Program-made: the position numbers and the translations under genes
Origin: Alphaproteobacteria bacterium
Lineage (GTDB): Bacteria > Pseudomonadota > Alphaproteobacteria > MPNO01 > UBA830
Length of the DNA: 64,000 nt
Reading direction: 5' to 3'
Assembly (NCBI GenBank): GCA_965243135.1
Contig: OZ251539.1
Coordinates: 2,592,001 to 2,656,000, forward strand
Part shown: positions 9,026 through 18,873 of the stretch, piece by piece
Position numbering within the stretch: the stretch's first letter is position 1
Layout of the letters: every line of letters begins with the position of its first letter
Notes under the pieces: generated by a model
The model's input: the letters and a program-made list of their open reading frames with translations, nothing else
Databases searched by the model: none
Told to the model about the DNA's origin: nothing

Positions 9026-11047
9026 ATGACCAAGTATCCACATGAACCGCACGTCATCCCTCGTCCGGTCGAGTGCCTGCCGGAATACGCGAACGCAAGA
9101 TCTCGGCGCAACCTGGCGGAACGGCTTGTCGAAGCCTTCGATCTCTCCGAGGCTTCCGCATCCACAATTGCGAATGCAGTTGTCAACCCGAGCGAAGTGC
9201 GTAAGTCCATCGGTGATCCGACCGATCCCGAGGCGGAGAAAATTCCTGTTCCCGGAGGCACGCTGCTTGGACTTCGGACCAGCGTTTGGGCGCGCCGGGT
9301 CATGCCAGACCCCCGCAACCCCCGCACACTCCCGTCGCGCCGCCATCCCTTTGCGGTCAACCCGGGGACCGGCGGAGAAGACTCAAGATTTCGGCCGGTT
9401 CCGGAACCGCGTTCCTTGGACAGCGACCGGCCGCACGCAGCAGAACTGACGGTCGAAATCGAAAGCCGCCACCACCTGACGTGGGCGGTGCAGCAGGCCG
9501 CCGGTTATGTCCTCGCCGACAATGATTGGCGCAAGTCGATCGCCTCGCAAGGCGTGATGGAGGCTGTCTGGCTCGTTGCCACAACCTATAGGCACGATGA
9601 CGGATCCGCGCCAGCGACTGCGTTGACCACCGCAGAGGGTTCCTCACGGACAACATGCGTTCATGATTTGCTGGAAATCCGGTCTAGCGATGTCCCTTAT
9701 GACGATAACGAGGCAGGACTCCGGGCCCATATCCGGAAGTTGAACAAGATCCATGATCGTGGAGCGGACGAAAGCGAGAGCATTGCTCTTCGTTGCCAAC
9801 GGATGCCGGCGCTGATCCTTGTAGGATTTTTGCCCCATCCGTCCGCTCCGGCGCTGTTTCCGACAGCAGTGAAGTCTCTCGTCGCCCTCCGTCATGTCGA
9901 TCCTCCGAAGCCATGGGGAGATGGCCCCGAATTTGAAGCGCTGGCGGATGAAGTGCTTGCGGAGATCTATCGGCGAGACCTCGTTTCGAACGCCGAGTAC
10001 CGCTATTTCGCCGGTGCATGCACTCAGGCTGAGGCCGCAGCGGCCCATCTTCCCGACGATCCCGTCCTGCGAGCGAGCCGGATCGTTCATCTTTTCGCCA
10101 ACCATGATGATCGGGTGGGCCACGCTATTCGCGTGGCGGTGACAAGCCAGTCAACCCGCAAGCGTATCACGTCCGCTCTCATGCATGATCTTGCCACCGT
10201 CCTGATACTTCGCTCGGTCTCCGGCGATCCTGCCAGTGTCGATCAGCTGAGGAGGTATTTCCGTCGCTCGATTGGTAGATTCATCGGCACCAGCGATTGG
10301 GAACCGACTGGGCGGAGCAACGAACAGCTTGTGCGGGAAGCCCTCGACGAGTTCGGTGCACGAATCGGGACTGCCGCCACCGGGGATCCAGGACCATCGT
10401 CGGTCGAACTCGCAGTGCGGGCCTTGTATCCGCTCATTGTTTCCGGCAAGTTGAACGCCGACAGGGGAACGGCAAATAATCAGCAGCCTGACCGTCGCAC
10501 CCCAGGGGAGGTTCTGGACGTTATGCGGCGGACGCCCCAAGGAATCCATCAGTTGGGACAGGCGCTTCAGGACTTCTCTGACAGCACGCCCATTCGTGCG
10601 GTCGACGAACATGGCGAAATCAAGCCGCTCAACGACGGTTCGGGAGACCGAACCATCAGCGACATTTATCTCAGGAACGAGTATCCGCCGCCCGGCAAGG
10701 CCAAAAAGGCGGCGGATCCGGGAGATACGCCAACCGATCGCTTTGCAGTTGCAAAGCAGGAATTCGAAGCTGCATTGGACAGGCTCAATGAGGCCTTCGA
10801 GGCGCTGCTGGCGGTCCGCGACGACGATGACAGGCCCATGGCGGAAATCCGGGGTGCAGAGCCTGACCTGACTGATCGTTGGCGCAAGGACCTGAAGCGT
10901 ATGGATGAAGAGATGCTCATCTGGGCGCGGACCTACAGAAAGGTATACGGCAAGGCGCCGGTCGAGAGCTTTGCTGGCAAGCAGGCAACAGACCCGTACG
11001 ACGAGGATGAAAGCGATGACTGGCGGGAGAAAGAGGATGTAGTGTAA
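9026..11047 (+). CDS. Uncharacterised 673-aa protein with a divergent ParB/Srx-like domain
   Basis: GGAGG RBS before ATG 9026; PDPRNPR...SIASQGVMEAVWLV...TAEGSSR follows the ParB/Srx motif order; helical C-terminus and acidic tail. Confidence 0.6.
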   Translation: MTKYPHEPHVIPRPVECLPEYANARSRRNLAERLVEAFDLSEASASTIANAVVNPSEVRKSIGDPTDPEAEKIPVPGGTLLGLRTSVWARRVMPDPRNPRTLPSRRHPFAVNPGTGGEDSRFRPVPEPRSLDSDRPHAAELTVEIESRHHLTWAVQQAAGYVLADNDWRKSIASQGVMEAVWLVATTYRHDDGSAPATALTTAEGSSRTTCVHDLLEIRSSDVPYDDNEAGLRAHIRKLNKIHDRGADESESIALRCQRMPALILVGFLPHPSAPALFPTAVKSLVALRHVDPPKPWGDGPEFEALADEVLAEIYRRDLVSNAEYRYFAGACTQAEAAAAHLPDDPVLRASRIVHLFANHDDRVGHAIRVAVTSQSTRKRITSALMHDLATVLILRSVSGDPASVDQLRRYFRRSIGRFIGTSDWEPTGRSNEQLVREALDEFGARIGTAATGDPGPSSVELAVRALYPLIVSGKLNADRGTANNQQPDRRTPGEVLDVMRRTPQGIHQLGQALQDFSDSTPIRAVDEHGEIKPLNDGSGDRTISDIYLRNEYPPPGKAKKAADPGDTPTDRFAVAKQEFEAALDRLNEAFEALLAVRDDDDRPMAEIRGAEPDLTDRWRKDLKRMDEEMLIWARTYRKVYGKAPVESFAGKQATDPYDEDESDDWREKEDVV

Positions 11048-11389
11048 TCGCCGCAGCCAACCATATCGGTCACCGGAGCATCGGCGTCAAACCGCCCGAG
11101 CGATATCCCGAATTGGCGGAACGGTCGATGCTCGGAGCGATCAGGTTCACATCCAGCTGTCGCGGAGCTTGCCTTCTCTGTGGAGCGTTGCGATGCGGGT
11201 GCCCAGTTCGCCTCGCTGGTTTCTGCGAGAGTCCTCCACGCCGCCGCGCCCGAGGTAGATTTCGGTGAACTTCACCGGTCCATCGCAGGTTCGTTGTCGG
11301 ACCGGTAGACGAAGACGCACTGCGACCGCGCTCCGTGGGCGTCCAACGCTCCGCCGGTCTTGCGCATGCTCTTCACCCCCACGCCCCGT

Positions 11390-11510
11390 TCTCCGGCCTT
11401 CACCGAGTTGCTCGCGTAAACGCCGGCACGGCATCGCCCCGATTCGCCGCGTTCACCCCGCGTACCGCTACATGCGCGATGTGGACAGCGACGGAATCGT
11501 ATGCGAGTGA
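11390..11510 (+). pseudogene. Excalibur calcium-binding domain fragment
   Basis: GIAPIRRVHPAYRYMRDVDSDGIVCE* resembles the Excalibur DxDxDGxxCE terminus; upstream part degraded. Confidence 0.6.
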
Positions 11511-11544
11511 ACTCGGCCACGCTCCGATTCGAGAACATGTATCC

Positions 11545-11774
11545 ATGAAACAACATGAATCGACGAAGCCGTGCTGGCCCTTCTCTATCTCGACACTCAT
11601 GAGCGCGATCCGGCGGTAGGCGCGCGGATCCGGAAGTCGTTCGATTGGGACGCCATGAACCGCCTGCACGAAAAGGGGTTGATTTCCAACACGGTCGGCA
11701 AGGCCAAGTCAGCGGCAATTACCGAAGCAGGATTGCATAAGGCGGAACTCGCCTTCCGCGCCTATTCGAGGTAG
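11545..11774 (+). pseudogene. DUF6429-like small winged-helix protein with 5' frameshift
   Basis: EAVLALLYL...KSFDWDAMNRLHEKGLISNTVGKAKS..ITEAG. Confidence 0.65.
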
Positions 11775-11894
11775 ATGACTGACCAAGCGAATTCGGCACC
11801 GGACATCCCGCGTCAGCCGCCGCATCGACTGTGGACAACACGCTTGGCGAGGCCAACGCCACCGTTGTCGCACCCACCTTCCCAGTTGCCCCGG

Positions 11895-14800
11895 TTACGC
11901 GGTCAATACCTCGCGGATCAGCTCGGCAATCGCTTTGGCGTCAATTCCGCCGCGCTCGTCGTCACGCGTGACAATCAAAGTGCCGGCCACTCCGCCTCCT
12001 TCGTCATGCGGGATGATGGAGGCATCGCGATATTCCTGCAATTTTCGCTTCCAGCGAGTCTCGTAGTCAGGGTTGTGGAGCAGCCCAAGGTGCTCCCAGT
12101 AATAGCGTGCGCCTGTGTCGTCATCCATGATCGTGAAGTCTGGATACCGCGTTCTTCCGTCAGGTAACGGTAGCGCCTCCTCGTATTCGTATCGATCTAT
12201 GCCCTGGGCAAGGAGTTCGTTCGCGATGATGACCTCGGACTTGGACCGAACGAGATCGCCCCGCTTGGTGCGGTGAATGAGCCCTTCCTCCAGAAACCTC
12301 TCCGTACCGTCGACCTCGAACGGCATCGGACTGGGAAGAGCGAAGAGATTGGTCAGTCTGCGGGCAATGTCCGAGTGCTTGTCACTCGCGTATCGGCGAA
12401 GGTTTCGCAAGTCTCCCTGATGCAGAACGACGACGCGGTCCTGTTGGCGCGACAATGCCGTGTAGAGAAGCTCTCGCGACAGGGGCCAACACGGATCGGG
12501 CAACACGACGAAGGTGATCCCGAACTCGCTGCCCTGTGACTTGTGGACCGTCAGGGCGTAAGCGAGATCAAGCGGAGGCGATCCCTTTTCGCCATCGAAC
12601 TCCCAGACCTTGAATTTGTAGTCGTGTCCAGGCTGAGACGTGAACTCCACCTCCACGAACGGAAGCAGTTTCGGTCGTTTTTTGGTCTTGTAGTAGCCAA
12701 CGACGATCCCGACATCGCCGTTGGCTACATAGGACGGTCGCTCGGGAAATACTTTTCGATCGCCGTTGTTCTTCAGGTTGATGACCTTGTCGCCGTAGAT
12801 GATCCCTTGAGGGCCGACTGGGGGATGGATCCTGCGGTATTGAGACGTCGCTCGCGACAGCCACGTCTTGCGGAACGTCTGCTGCACCAGGCGGTTCAAA
12901 CTCGCTACTCCATGATCCGCCCCGCGCACTGGCGACAGGATCTGCCAACGCTCGGCCTTGATCGGCGCATCTGGAGTGGGGCTACGCCAGAAGAAGGTCC
13001 CGCCGTTGTGCGTGGTTGCTCCGAGACTGCATTCGAAGCCCACTTCGTCATCCAGGCCGTCGAGGTTGAGTTCCTTGACGATCAACTCAAGAAGCTTTGT
13101 TCGAAGAGCCTCGTCGTCGCTCCACGACTCGAAACTGATTTCATCCATTTCCTCGTTTTCGAGGCGGTTCCAGACTTCGTCCGCGGCGGGATCCGGAATA
13201 CCCCCAAACCAGCCCGCCAGCACCAAGTCGGCGCGGGTCGTTCCGAGCTGCCGACGCGGAATGGTGAGCTTCGCATAGCCGCGGTCAACCTGCGGAAAAC
13301 ACTGTTCGATACCCTCTGGTTCGAGTTCCCGCACAATGTCCACGAACGGTCTACCGCTTCCGATGGGAGGAAGCTGGCGCGGATCGCCCACGAGAACCAG
13401 ACGATCGAAATCACTCAGAGCATCCAGCAGAGCGGCGAGCTGCTCTTCGGTGAGCATCGAGCATTCGTCCACGATCACGGTCCGGTATTCCCGGCAACGA
13501 TCCGGGCTGCCGGTCATGACGTAACGGCAAGTTTCGGTATCATATCGGTCGCCGTAGCGCATCAAGAACTGGGCAATCGTCAGCCCGCCGGTGATGCCTG
13601 TCCTGGTTTCGAGTTGGACGCGGGCCTTACCGGTGGGCGCCAATAGCAATATGCCGCCCCCGGCGACTTCTTTCAGTTTGCAGAGCATCTTCAGCAGCGT
13701 CGTCTTCCCGGTCCCGGCAGCTCCGACAAGCACGGATAGCCTTGATGCGAAGATTTCTTCGAGCGCAGCAGACTTCTCGGCACGAGCTTTAATTTCGATC
13801 GCTGCATCGTCGCTATCGTTCGGGAGGTCGCCGAGAGAATCATTGACCACAGCCGGAAAATCGTGATCGCCGTGGTGGCGTTGACTCTTGGAACCCACAC
13901 GCTTTCGCACGGTGCGGCGTATCAATTCGCCCGTTGCGACAAAACGGCTGAGCTGATAGCCGACAGCGCTGTCGGCCATGCTCACTGTCTCCACGACTCC
14001 TTCGAGCGAGTCGCCAAGTCCGGCAAGCACTTCAGATCCTACCGGACAGTCGGATTCAAGCGGCATACTGTCGATGTAGGTTGATAGCAAAGCACGCGGC
14101 AGCAGCGTGTGACCCTGTTCGGTGCCCTGCTCGAGAGCGGCAACGACAAGCGCACGCACCCTGCGCGGATCGACCTTGTCGGTGAGCCGCGAGGTCTCGG
14201 GTAGAGGGTGCGCCGTCAGCACGGCGTTTCCGGGCAGCATTCCGCGGTCGATAGTCAGGACAGATATGGCATCGGGCGACGCCCGGTCGCGTTCGTACAG
14301 CAGGTATGGGTTCTCGATCAGCGACCCATCATCGAGATCGTCGGACCGGACATCGGGATTGAAGAATCGTTTCGCCTGTTCGGAGGTCAAGGAAAACCGG
14401 CTGAGCAATCCCAGCAACTCTTTGCGTTGCGATGCCATGCTTCTCCATGCCCGGGCGAAGCCTTCGCCGACCTGTTCCTTTACGGGCTCCGAAGCGGTCT
14501 CTGGAGCTTGCATGATCCGTTCGAACGCCGGCCATGGATCTACGTTTCCGTCGGCGCTGTCCTTCGCACACTCTTCGGCGATTTCGTACGCAACGAGGTT
14601 TCCCCGGTCGCCGAGAAACGCCGTCAGGGCCGATCCGAAACCTGGGAAGGGACCGCGCATGCGCCACAAACGATTGAGTTGCTCATCCAGCCAATCCATG
14701 GCCTGCGCCCACGGCCCGGAATGCAAGTCCTGAATGCGCTCCAGCGCCCGCACGCAACTCAGCACCGACGCTATGGCTTCGTCGTGCGAGACGTGTTCCG

Positions 14801-15632
14801 AGCCATAGGAGAAGCTCCAGAACGCATCGTCCGGGGCGAACGCTAGGAACCGTTCCGGATCGAGGCCACGCTCATTCGCGATCTCGATCAGCTCGCGGTA
14901 GGGAAACAGAAAGCCCTCCTTGAAGCTCGGTCGTATGGAGTGCTCGACGTTGCGTTCCCATAGAACGCTGCGAAGAGGAGGATTCTTCGTGGAGTATTGG
15001 TACTCGACAGGTGCATCGACTTCACGAACCAGACCCACGCCGACGATGACCCGCCTTGCGGATGTTGAAAGAGGCGTGTCCTTCGCGTAGAAGAAACAGA
15101 GCGATTCCTCGGGGCGAACCGCGCTGAAAAACGTGTCGAGCATTACCAGTTGGTTTGAACGCTCCTGGATGAATTTGGTTACGAATCCGAGATCAGGCTC
15201 GCGGTCTGGCTGAAAACCCAAGTCGTAGAGTTCCACCAACTTCGCGCTTTCCTCGGTCAGCATCCAGCGATACGGCACGCAGGCGGCACTGTACGGCCGC
15301 ATTGTGTAACGCGTGGGAAGGAAGTGGCCGTGAGATTCCGAGTTGCGCTCGACGTAGGGATGCGACTTGCTGAGGGTCAGTGGAAATTGCGCCATGAAAT
15401 TTGCGCGCTCCTCAATGCACGGCGGGAGCTGATCCTGTCGCAGATCCGCAAGAGATTCACCCTTGATGCACTCCTCGGAAGCGTCGTCCTTACTCGCTGC
15501 GATTCTCGGCAAAGCGCAGCACGCCGTGTTGGCTGAGGGTCTGTTGCAGACGCTGCCCGCCCAACCGGCGTCGTGCCACGGGACACGAATCGAAAGGTGC
15601 CGAACTGGGAGGTGACGGGCTCCTGCGATCAC
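11895..15632 (-). CDS. RecD-like SF1B helicase with Cys-rich N-terminal region and C-terminal PD-(D/E)XK-like nuclease
   Basis: Walker A GAAGTGKT, LAPTGKA, VIVDECSM, LVGDPRQLPPIG, AYALTVHKSQGSEF, LYTALSR; C-terminal VRSKSEVIIAN...YPDFTI...YWEHLG; GAAGGAG RBS before GTG. Confidence 0.88.
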   Translation of the reverse strand: MIAGARHLPVRHLSIRVPWHDAGWAGSVCNRPSANTACCALPRIAASKDDASEECIKGESLADLRQDQLPPCIEERANFMAQFPLTLSKSHPYVERNSESHGHFLPTRYTMRPYSAACVPYRWMLTEESAKLVELYDLGFQPDREPDLGFVTKFIQERSNQLVMLDTFFSAVRPEESLCFFYAKDTPLSTSARRVIVGVGLVREVDAPVEYQYSTKNPPLRSVLWERNVEHSIRPSFKEGFLFPYRELIEIANERGLDPERFLAFAPDDAFWSFSYGSEHVSHDEAIASVLSCVRALERIQDLHSGPWAQAMDWLDEQLNRLWRMRGPFPGFGSALTAFLGDRGNLVAYEIAEECAKDSADGNVDPWPAFERIMQAPETASEPVKEQVGEGFARAWRSMASQRKELLGLLSRFSLTSEQAKRFFNPDVRSDDLDDGSLIENPYLLYERDRASPDAISVLTIDRGMLPGNAVLTAHPLPETSRLTDKVDPRRVRALVVAALEQGTEQGHTLLPRALLSTYIDSMPLESDCPVGSEVLAGLGDSLEGVVETVSMADSAVGYQLSRFVATGELIRRTVRKRVGSKSQRHHGDHDFPAVVNDSLGDLPNDSDDAAIEIKARAEKSAALEEIFASRLSVLVGAAGTGKTTLLKMLCKLKEVAGGGILLLAPTGKARVQLETRTGITGGLTIAQFLMRYGDRYDTETCRYVMTGSPDRCREYRTVIVDECSMLTEEQLAALLDALSDFDRLVLVGDPRQLPPIGSGRPFVDIVRELEPEGIEQCFPQVDRGYAKLTIPRRQLGTTRADLVLAGWFGGIPDPAADEVWNRLENEEMDEISFESWSDDEALRTKLLELIVKELNLDGLDDEVGFECSLGATTHNGGTFFWRSPTPDAPIKAERWQILSPVRGADHGVASLNRLVQQTFRKTWLSRATSQYRRIHPPVGPQGIIYGDKVINLKNNGDRKVFPERPSYVANGDVGIVVGYYKTKKRPKLLPFVEVEFTSQPGHDYKFKVWEFDGEKGSPPLDLAYALTVHKSQGSEFGITFVVLPDPCWPLSRELLYTALSRQQDRVVVLHQGDLRNLRRYASDKHSDIARRLTNLFALPSPMPFEVDGTERFLEEGLIHRTKRGDLVRSKSEVIIANELLAQGIDRYEYEEALPLPDGRTRYPDFTIMDDDTGARYYWEHLGLLHNPDYETRWKRKLQEYRDASIIPHDEGGGVAGTLIVTRDDERGGIDAKAIAELIREVLTA

Positions 15633-15802
15633 TATCAATCTCCTTCCGCAGCTTTGCGCGCAAACCTACCACGTACGAAGATCGACCTGAATCGAGACAT
15701 CGGCGATCATCCCCTATTCAACTCCGATGATCCTCTCCCCAACGGCATCGCGTTGGCACCGTCAGACCACAACATCTCCCGCTACCGACCGGGCGCCCAT
15801 TC

Positions 15803-16270
15803 GTGGCGCGAGCCGTTCTAATGCAGTCTCATACCGTGCACAGCCTGCCCCTGTCTACGCGACCGGTGGTCGTCCATCATGCGGACGCGAGATCGCTTCC
15901 GTTCGATGACGGTTCGATCGAACTCGCACTGACGTTGCCGCCCTACATCCACATCCACAACTACCAGGGAAGTTTCGCCGTTCCGTGGAAGCCATGGACT
16001 GGAACGTGCTGACCTTCGCGCGTTCCGGAGATCGGATCGCCGGAACCGAGCGAACCGGTTCCTGACCGTCGTATTCCCTGGACATGGCGCTGGCGTTGCG
16101 CGGGATGGTGCGCACCGCGAAAACCGGAATCCGCCTGATCCTCGTTCTCGGAACGTGAGTCTTCCGTGCGGGGCGCACGTTTCTTCAACGGCGAACTCGT
16201 CGCGACCCTGAGCGTCGTCCCGGTATATGGAGTGCTTGCCGGTTGGCGTTCGAGAGCGACTTTCCGTATC
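15803..16270 (+). pseudogene. N4/N6 DNA methyltransferase relic
   Basis: ADARSLPFDDGSIELALTLPPY (SPPY-like), then NRFLTVV, DMALAL and ESSVRGARFFNGELV spread across shifting frames. Confidence 0.65.
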
Positions 16271-16355
16271 GGCGGAAAGGGCGGCTCAAGCTCGGCGGCG
16301 CGATACCGGAGGAATTCCTGCCCGGATCGGCCAAGCGAGCGTGACCGCATGATTT

Positions 16356-16432
16356 TGGTAGCGGAGGAGGGATTCGAACCCCCGACACATGGATTATGAT
16401 TCCACCGCTCTAACCAGCTGAGCTACTCCGCC
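16356..16432 (-). tRNA. tRNA-Met (CAT), elongator type
   Basis: GGCGGAGTAGCTCAGCTGGTTAGAGCGGTGGAATCATAATCCATGTGTCGGGGGTTCGAATCCCTCCTCCGCTACCA; cloverleaf with encoded CCA. Confidence 0.96.
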
Positions 16433-16502
16433 ACGCCGAAACCGTTACTTAGGCGCTGCCGACGCTGGCGTCAACCGTCGATTTTCCATTCGACGGCTTC
16501 CC

Positions 16503-16542
16503 TTGCAATCGCATTGCAATCGCCATTGCCGATCTCTATGGT
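16503..16542 (+). promoter_or_regulatory. Promoter of the ABC operon with a palindromic operator
   Basis: Near-palindrome TTGCAATCGCATTGCAA (16503-16519); its right arm TTGCAA is 17 nt from TATGGT (16537-16542). Confidence 0.55.
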
Positions 16543-16621
16543 TTCTCCTGGAGGCAGGCGCGGGATGCCGCGTCCGGTTCCACGAGCGGATGCTTCAATG
16601 CGAGCGACACAGGAGGGTACC

Positions 16622-17947
16622 ATGAAACTGCGCAGCTTACTCCCGAAGATGGCGTGCGTAATCCTTGCCGCCGGCTTCTCCGCCGCCGCGGCCGCGGAAC
16701 TGCCCTATAACCTCAAGTCCGGCAAACCCTACGCGGGAACGCAGCTGAACATCCTTTCCGTCGTCACGCCGCAATTCGACGGCTTGATGCTGCGCGACGG
16801 GGAATTCACCGAACTCACCGGCATCGAGACCAAGTGGACGTTCATTCCCTTCACTGCGCTTCAGGAAAAGGTCGCTTCGGTGGGCGTCGCCGCCGACGGC
16901 AACTTCGACGTCGTCAACTATCTCGATTCCTGGGGACCGCCCAACGCCCATTGGCTGCAACCCATCAACGACTGGTTGAAGCGCGACGGCATCTCGATGG
17001 AGCGCTATCCGTCCGCGTTCGCCAAATCGGCGACGTTCCAGGACAAGGTCCTCGGTTTCCCGCTGCGGGCGCACGCAATGCTGATGTTCTACCGCAAGGA
17101 CGTTTTCGACGACCTCGGACTCGCGGCCCCGAAGAGCTGGGACGACGTGATCGCCGCCAGCAAGAAGATCCGCGCGTCCGGCAAGGCGATCGAGCCCCTC
17201 GCCCTCTACTACCACAACGACGGCAACCGGCAGAATCTCTTCATCTGGCTGAACTACCTGTGGTCGGTCGGCGCCGACGTGTTCGACGAGAAGATGAAGC
17301 CCGCCTGGGCCACCGAAGCCGGGATCAAGGCGACGGAGGACTATATCGGACTCCACACTCGAAAGGTCACCAACCCGGCGTCGCTGTCGTTCGTCGAGCA
17401 GGACGCGCGCCAATCCTTCATGCAGGGCAAATCCGCGATGATTCCGGTCTGGTGGTGGGCGTACTCGTCCATGATCAATCCCAAGTCTTCCGTGCTGGGC
17501 AAGGATCAGGTCGCTTTCACGGGCCTGCCGTCGTATCGGGGGCGCGCCGTCACCTACGCGATCTCCATGCCGTTCTCGATATCCAAGCATTCGAAGAACA
17601 AGGAAGCGGCATGGGAATTCCTCAAATGGCTGTCCAATCCGAAGATGGACAAGGCCAACGCCACCGAGCGCAAGGTCGCGGGCAAGACGATAATCAACAA
17701 CGTCGTCACCCATATCGAGAATCTCAAGGATCCGGAGGTCAACGCCGCGAACGCGAACATCCAGAAAGCGGCTTGGGAATCGCTCAGGGAGTCCGACATC
17801 ATGCCGCAAATTCCCGAATGGCCCGAAATCGGCGATCTGCTGTCGGCGGCCATCGCCAAGGCCGCGGCGGGAGGCGAAGTCCGCAAGCTGATGACCGACG
17901 CCGCCGAACGGACCGAGAAGATCCTCAAGCGCGCCGGCTACTACTGA
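16622..17947 (+). CDS. CUT1 carbohydrate ABC transporter substrate-binding protein
   Basis: Signal peptide, MFYRKDVF, PKSWDD, AAWEFLKWL; GGAGG RBS. Confidence 0.92.
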   Translation: MKLRSLLPKMACVILAAGFSAAAAAELPYNLKSGKPYAGTQLNILSVVTPQFDGLMLRDGEFTELTGIETKWTFIPFTALQEKVASVGVAADGNFDVVNYLDSWGPPNAHWLQPINDWLKRDGISMERYPSAFAKSATFQDKVLGFPLRAHAMLMFYRKDVFDDLGLAAPKSWDDVIAASKKIRASGKAIEPLALYYHNDGNRQNLFIWLNYLWSVGADVFDEKMKPAWATEAGIKATEDYIGLHTRKVTNPASLSFVEQDARQSFMQGKSAMIPVWWWAYSSMINPKSSVLGKDQVAFTGLPSYRGRAVTYAISMPFSISKHSKNKEAAWEFLKWLSNPKMDKANATERKVAGKTIINNVVTHIENLKDPEVNAANANIQKAAWESLRESDIMPQIPEWPEIGDLLSAAIAKAAAGGEVRKLMTDAAERTEKILKRAGYY

Positions 17948-17994
17948 GCGCATGACCGGCGCCGTCGCGGAAGCGCCGGCGCCGGCCTCCCGCC

Positions 17995-18867
17995 ATGCGC
18001 GACCGCCATCTCAAGTATCTGCTCGTCCTGCCGGCCGTGACGGTGGTGTTCGCCACGGCCGTCTGGCCGCTGATCCAGTCGCTGATCCTGAGCTTTCGCA
18101 ACTGGAAACTGTCGCGGTCCAGCGAGCCCGGCCCCTTCGTCGGCTGGGAAAACTACGGATGGGCGATCTTCGAGGATCCGAATTTCTGGAACGCCACGGC
18201 GGTCACGACCGTCTATACGGTGCTGACCGTCGCCCTCACCACGCTCATCGCCCTCGGCATCGCCTTGCTGCTCGCTCCCGGCGGCCGCCTGCGGCTCACC
18301 GTCAGGACGCTTCTCATCCTGCCGTTCGCCATGAGTCCGGCGCTGGTCGGCGTCTCCTTCCGCTTCATGTTCAATCCGGAATTCGGCCTGTTCGACGCGT
18401 TTTTCGGCCTGCTTGTCCCTCCCCTCGCGGAAGTGTCCTGGCTTTCGGATCCGACCCTGGCCTTCGCCGTATGCGTTATGGCGGACATATGGGGCTGGAT
18501 CCCTTTCATCACCCTGGTGCTCATCGGCGGCATCGCGGCGTTGCCCCGGGAAACGGTCGAGGCGGCCTACGTCGACGGCGCGTCCGCCTGGCGGGCTTTT
18601 CGGGACGTTTCGTTGCCGCAACTTGCGCCGGTTCTCGCGATCGTGATCATTCTGAAGTCGATCTTCTCGATCAAGACCTTCGACCAGATCTACATGCTGA
18701 CCAACGGCGGACCGGGCACCGCGACCCAGACCCTCGCGCACTACGCGTACTTCAGCGGTTTCAAGTACTATGACATGGGCTTCGCCGCCTCGATCGCCTG
18801 GATCATGGTCATTCCCATGCTGGCGCTGACCTGGTGCTACACGCGCTACGTTTTCCGCAAGGCGTGA
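17995..18867 (+). CDS. Carbohydrate ABC transporter permease
   Basis: FVGWENY, EAAYVDGAS (EAA loop), TNGGPG. Confidence 0.93.
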   Translation: MRDRHLKYLLVLPAVTVVFATAVWPLIQSLILSFRNWKLSRSSEPGPFVGWENYGWAIFEDPNFWNATAVTTVYTVLTVALTTLIALGIALLLAPGGRLRLTVRTLLILPFAMSPALVGVSFRFMFNPEFGLFDAFFGLLVPPLAEVSWLSDPTLAFAVCVMADIWGWIPFITLVLIGGIAALPRETVEAAYVDGASAWRAFRDVSLPQLAPVLAIVIILKSIFSIKTFDQIYMLTNGGPGTATQTLAHYAYFSGFKYYDMGFAASIAWIMVIPMLALTWCYTRYVFRKA

Positions 18868-18873
18868 GCGGCG

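Larger units (their letters stand above)
1..16355. mobile_element. Genomic/defence island (right part) adjacent to the 3' end of tRNA-Met
   Basis: IS, primase, integrase relic, restriction genes and many pseudogenes run up to the CCA end of tRNA-Met at 16356; housekeeping-type genes begin on the other side; left boundary is outside the window. Confidence 0.75.

Noticed and set aside
8750-9026. Programmed frameshift fusing the HicA-like ORF to the large ORF
   Set aside because: The upstream frame is open, but ATG 9026 has its own strong RBS and only an A5 run is present; this much open frame is unremarkable at this GC content.
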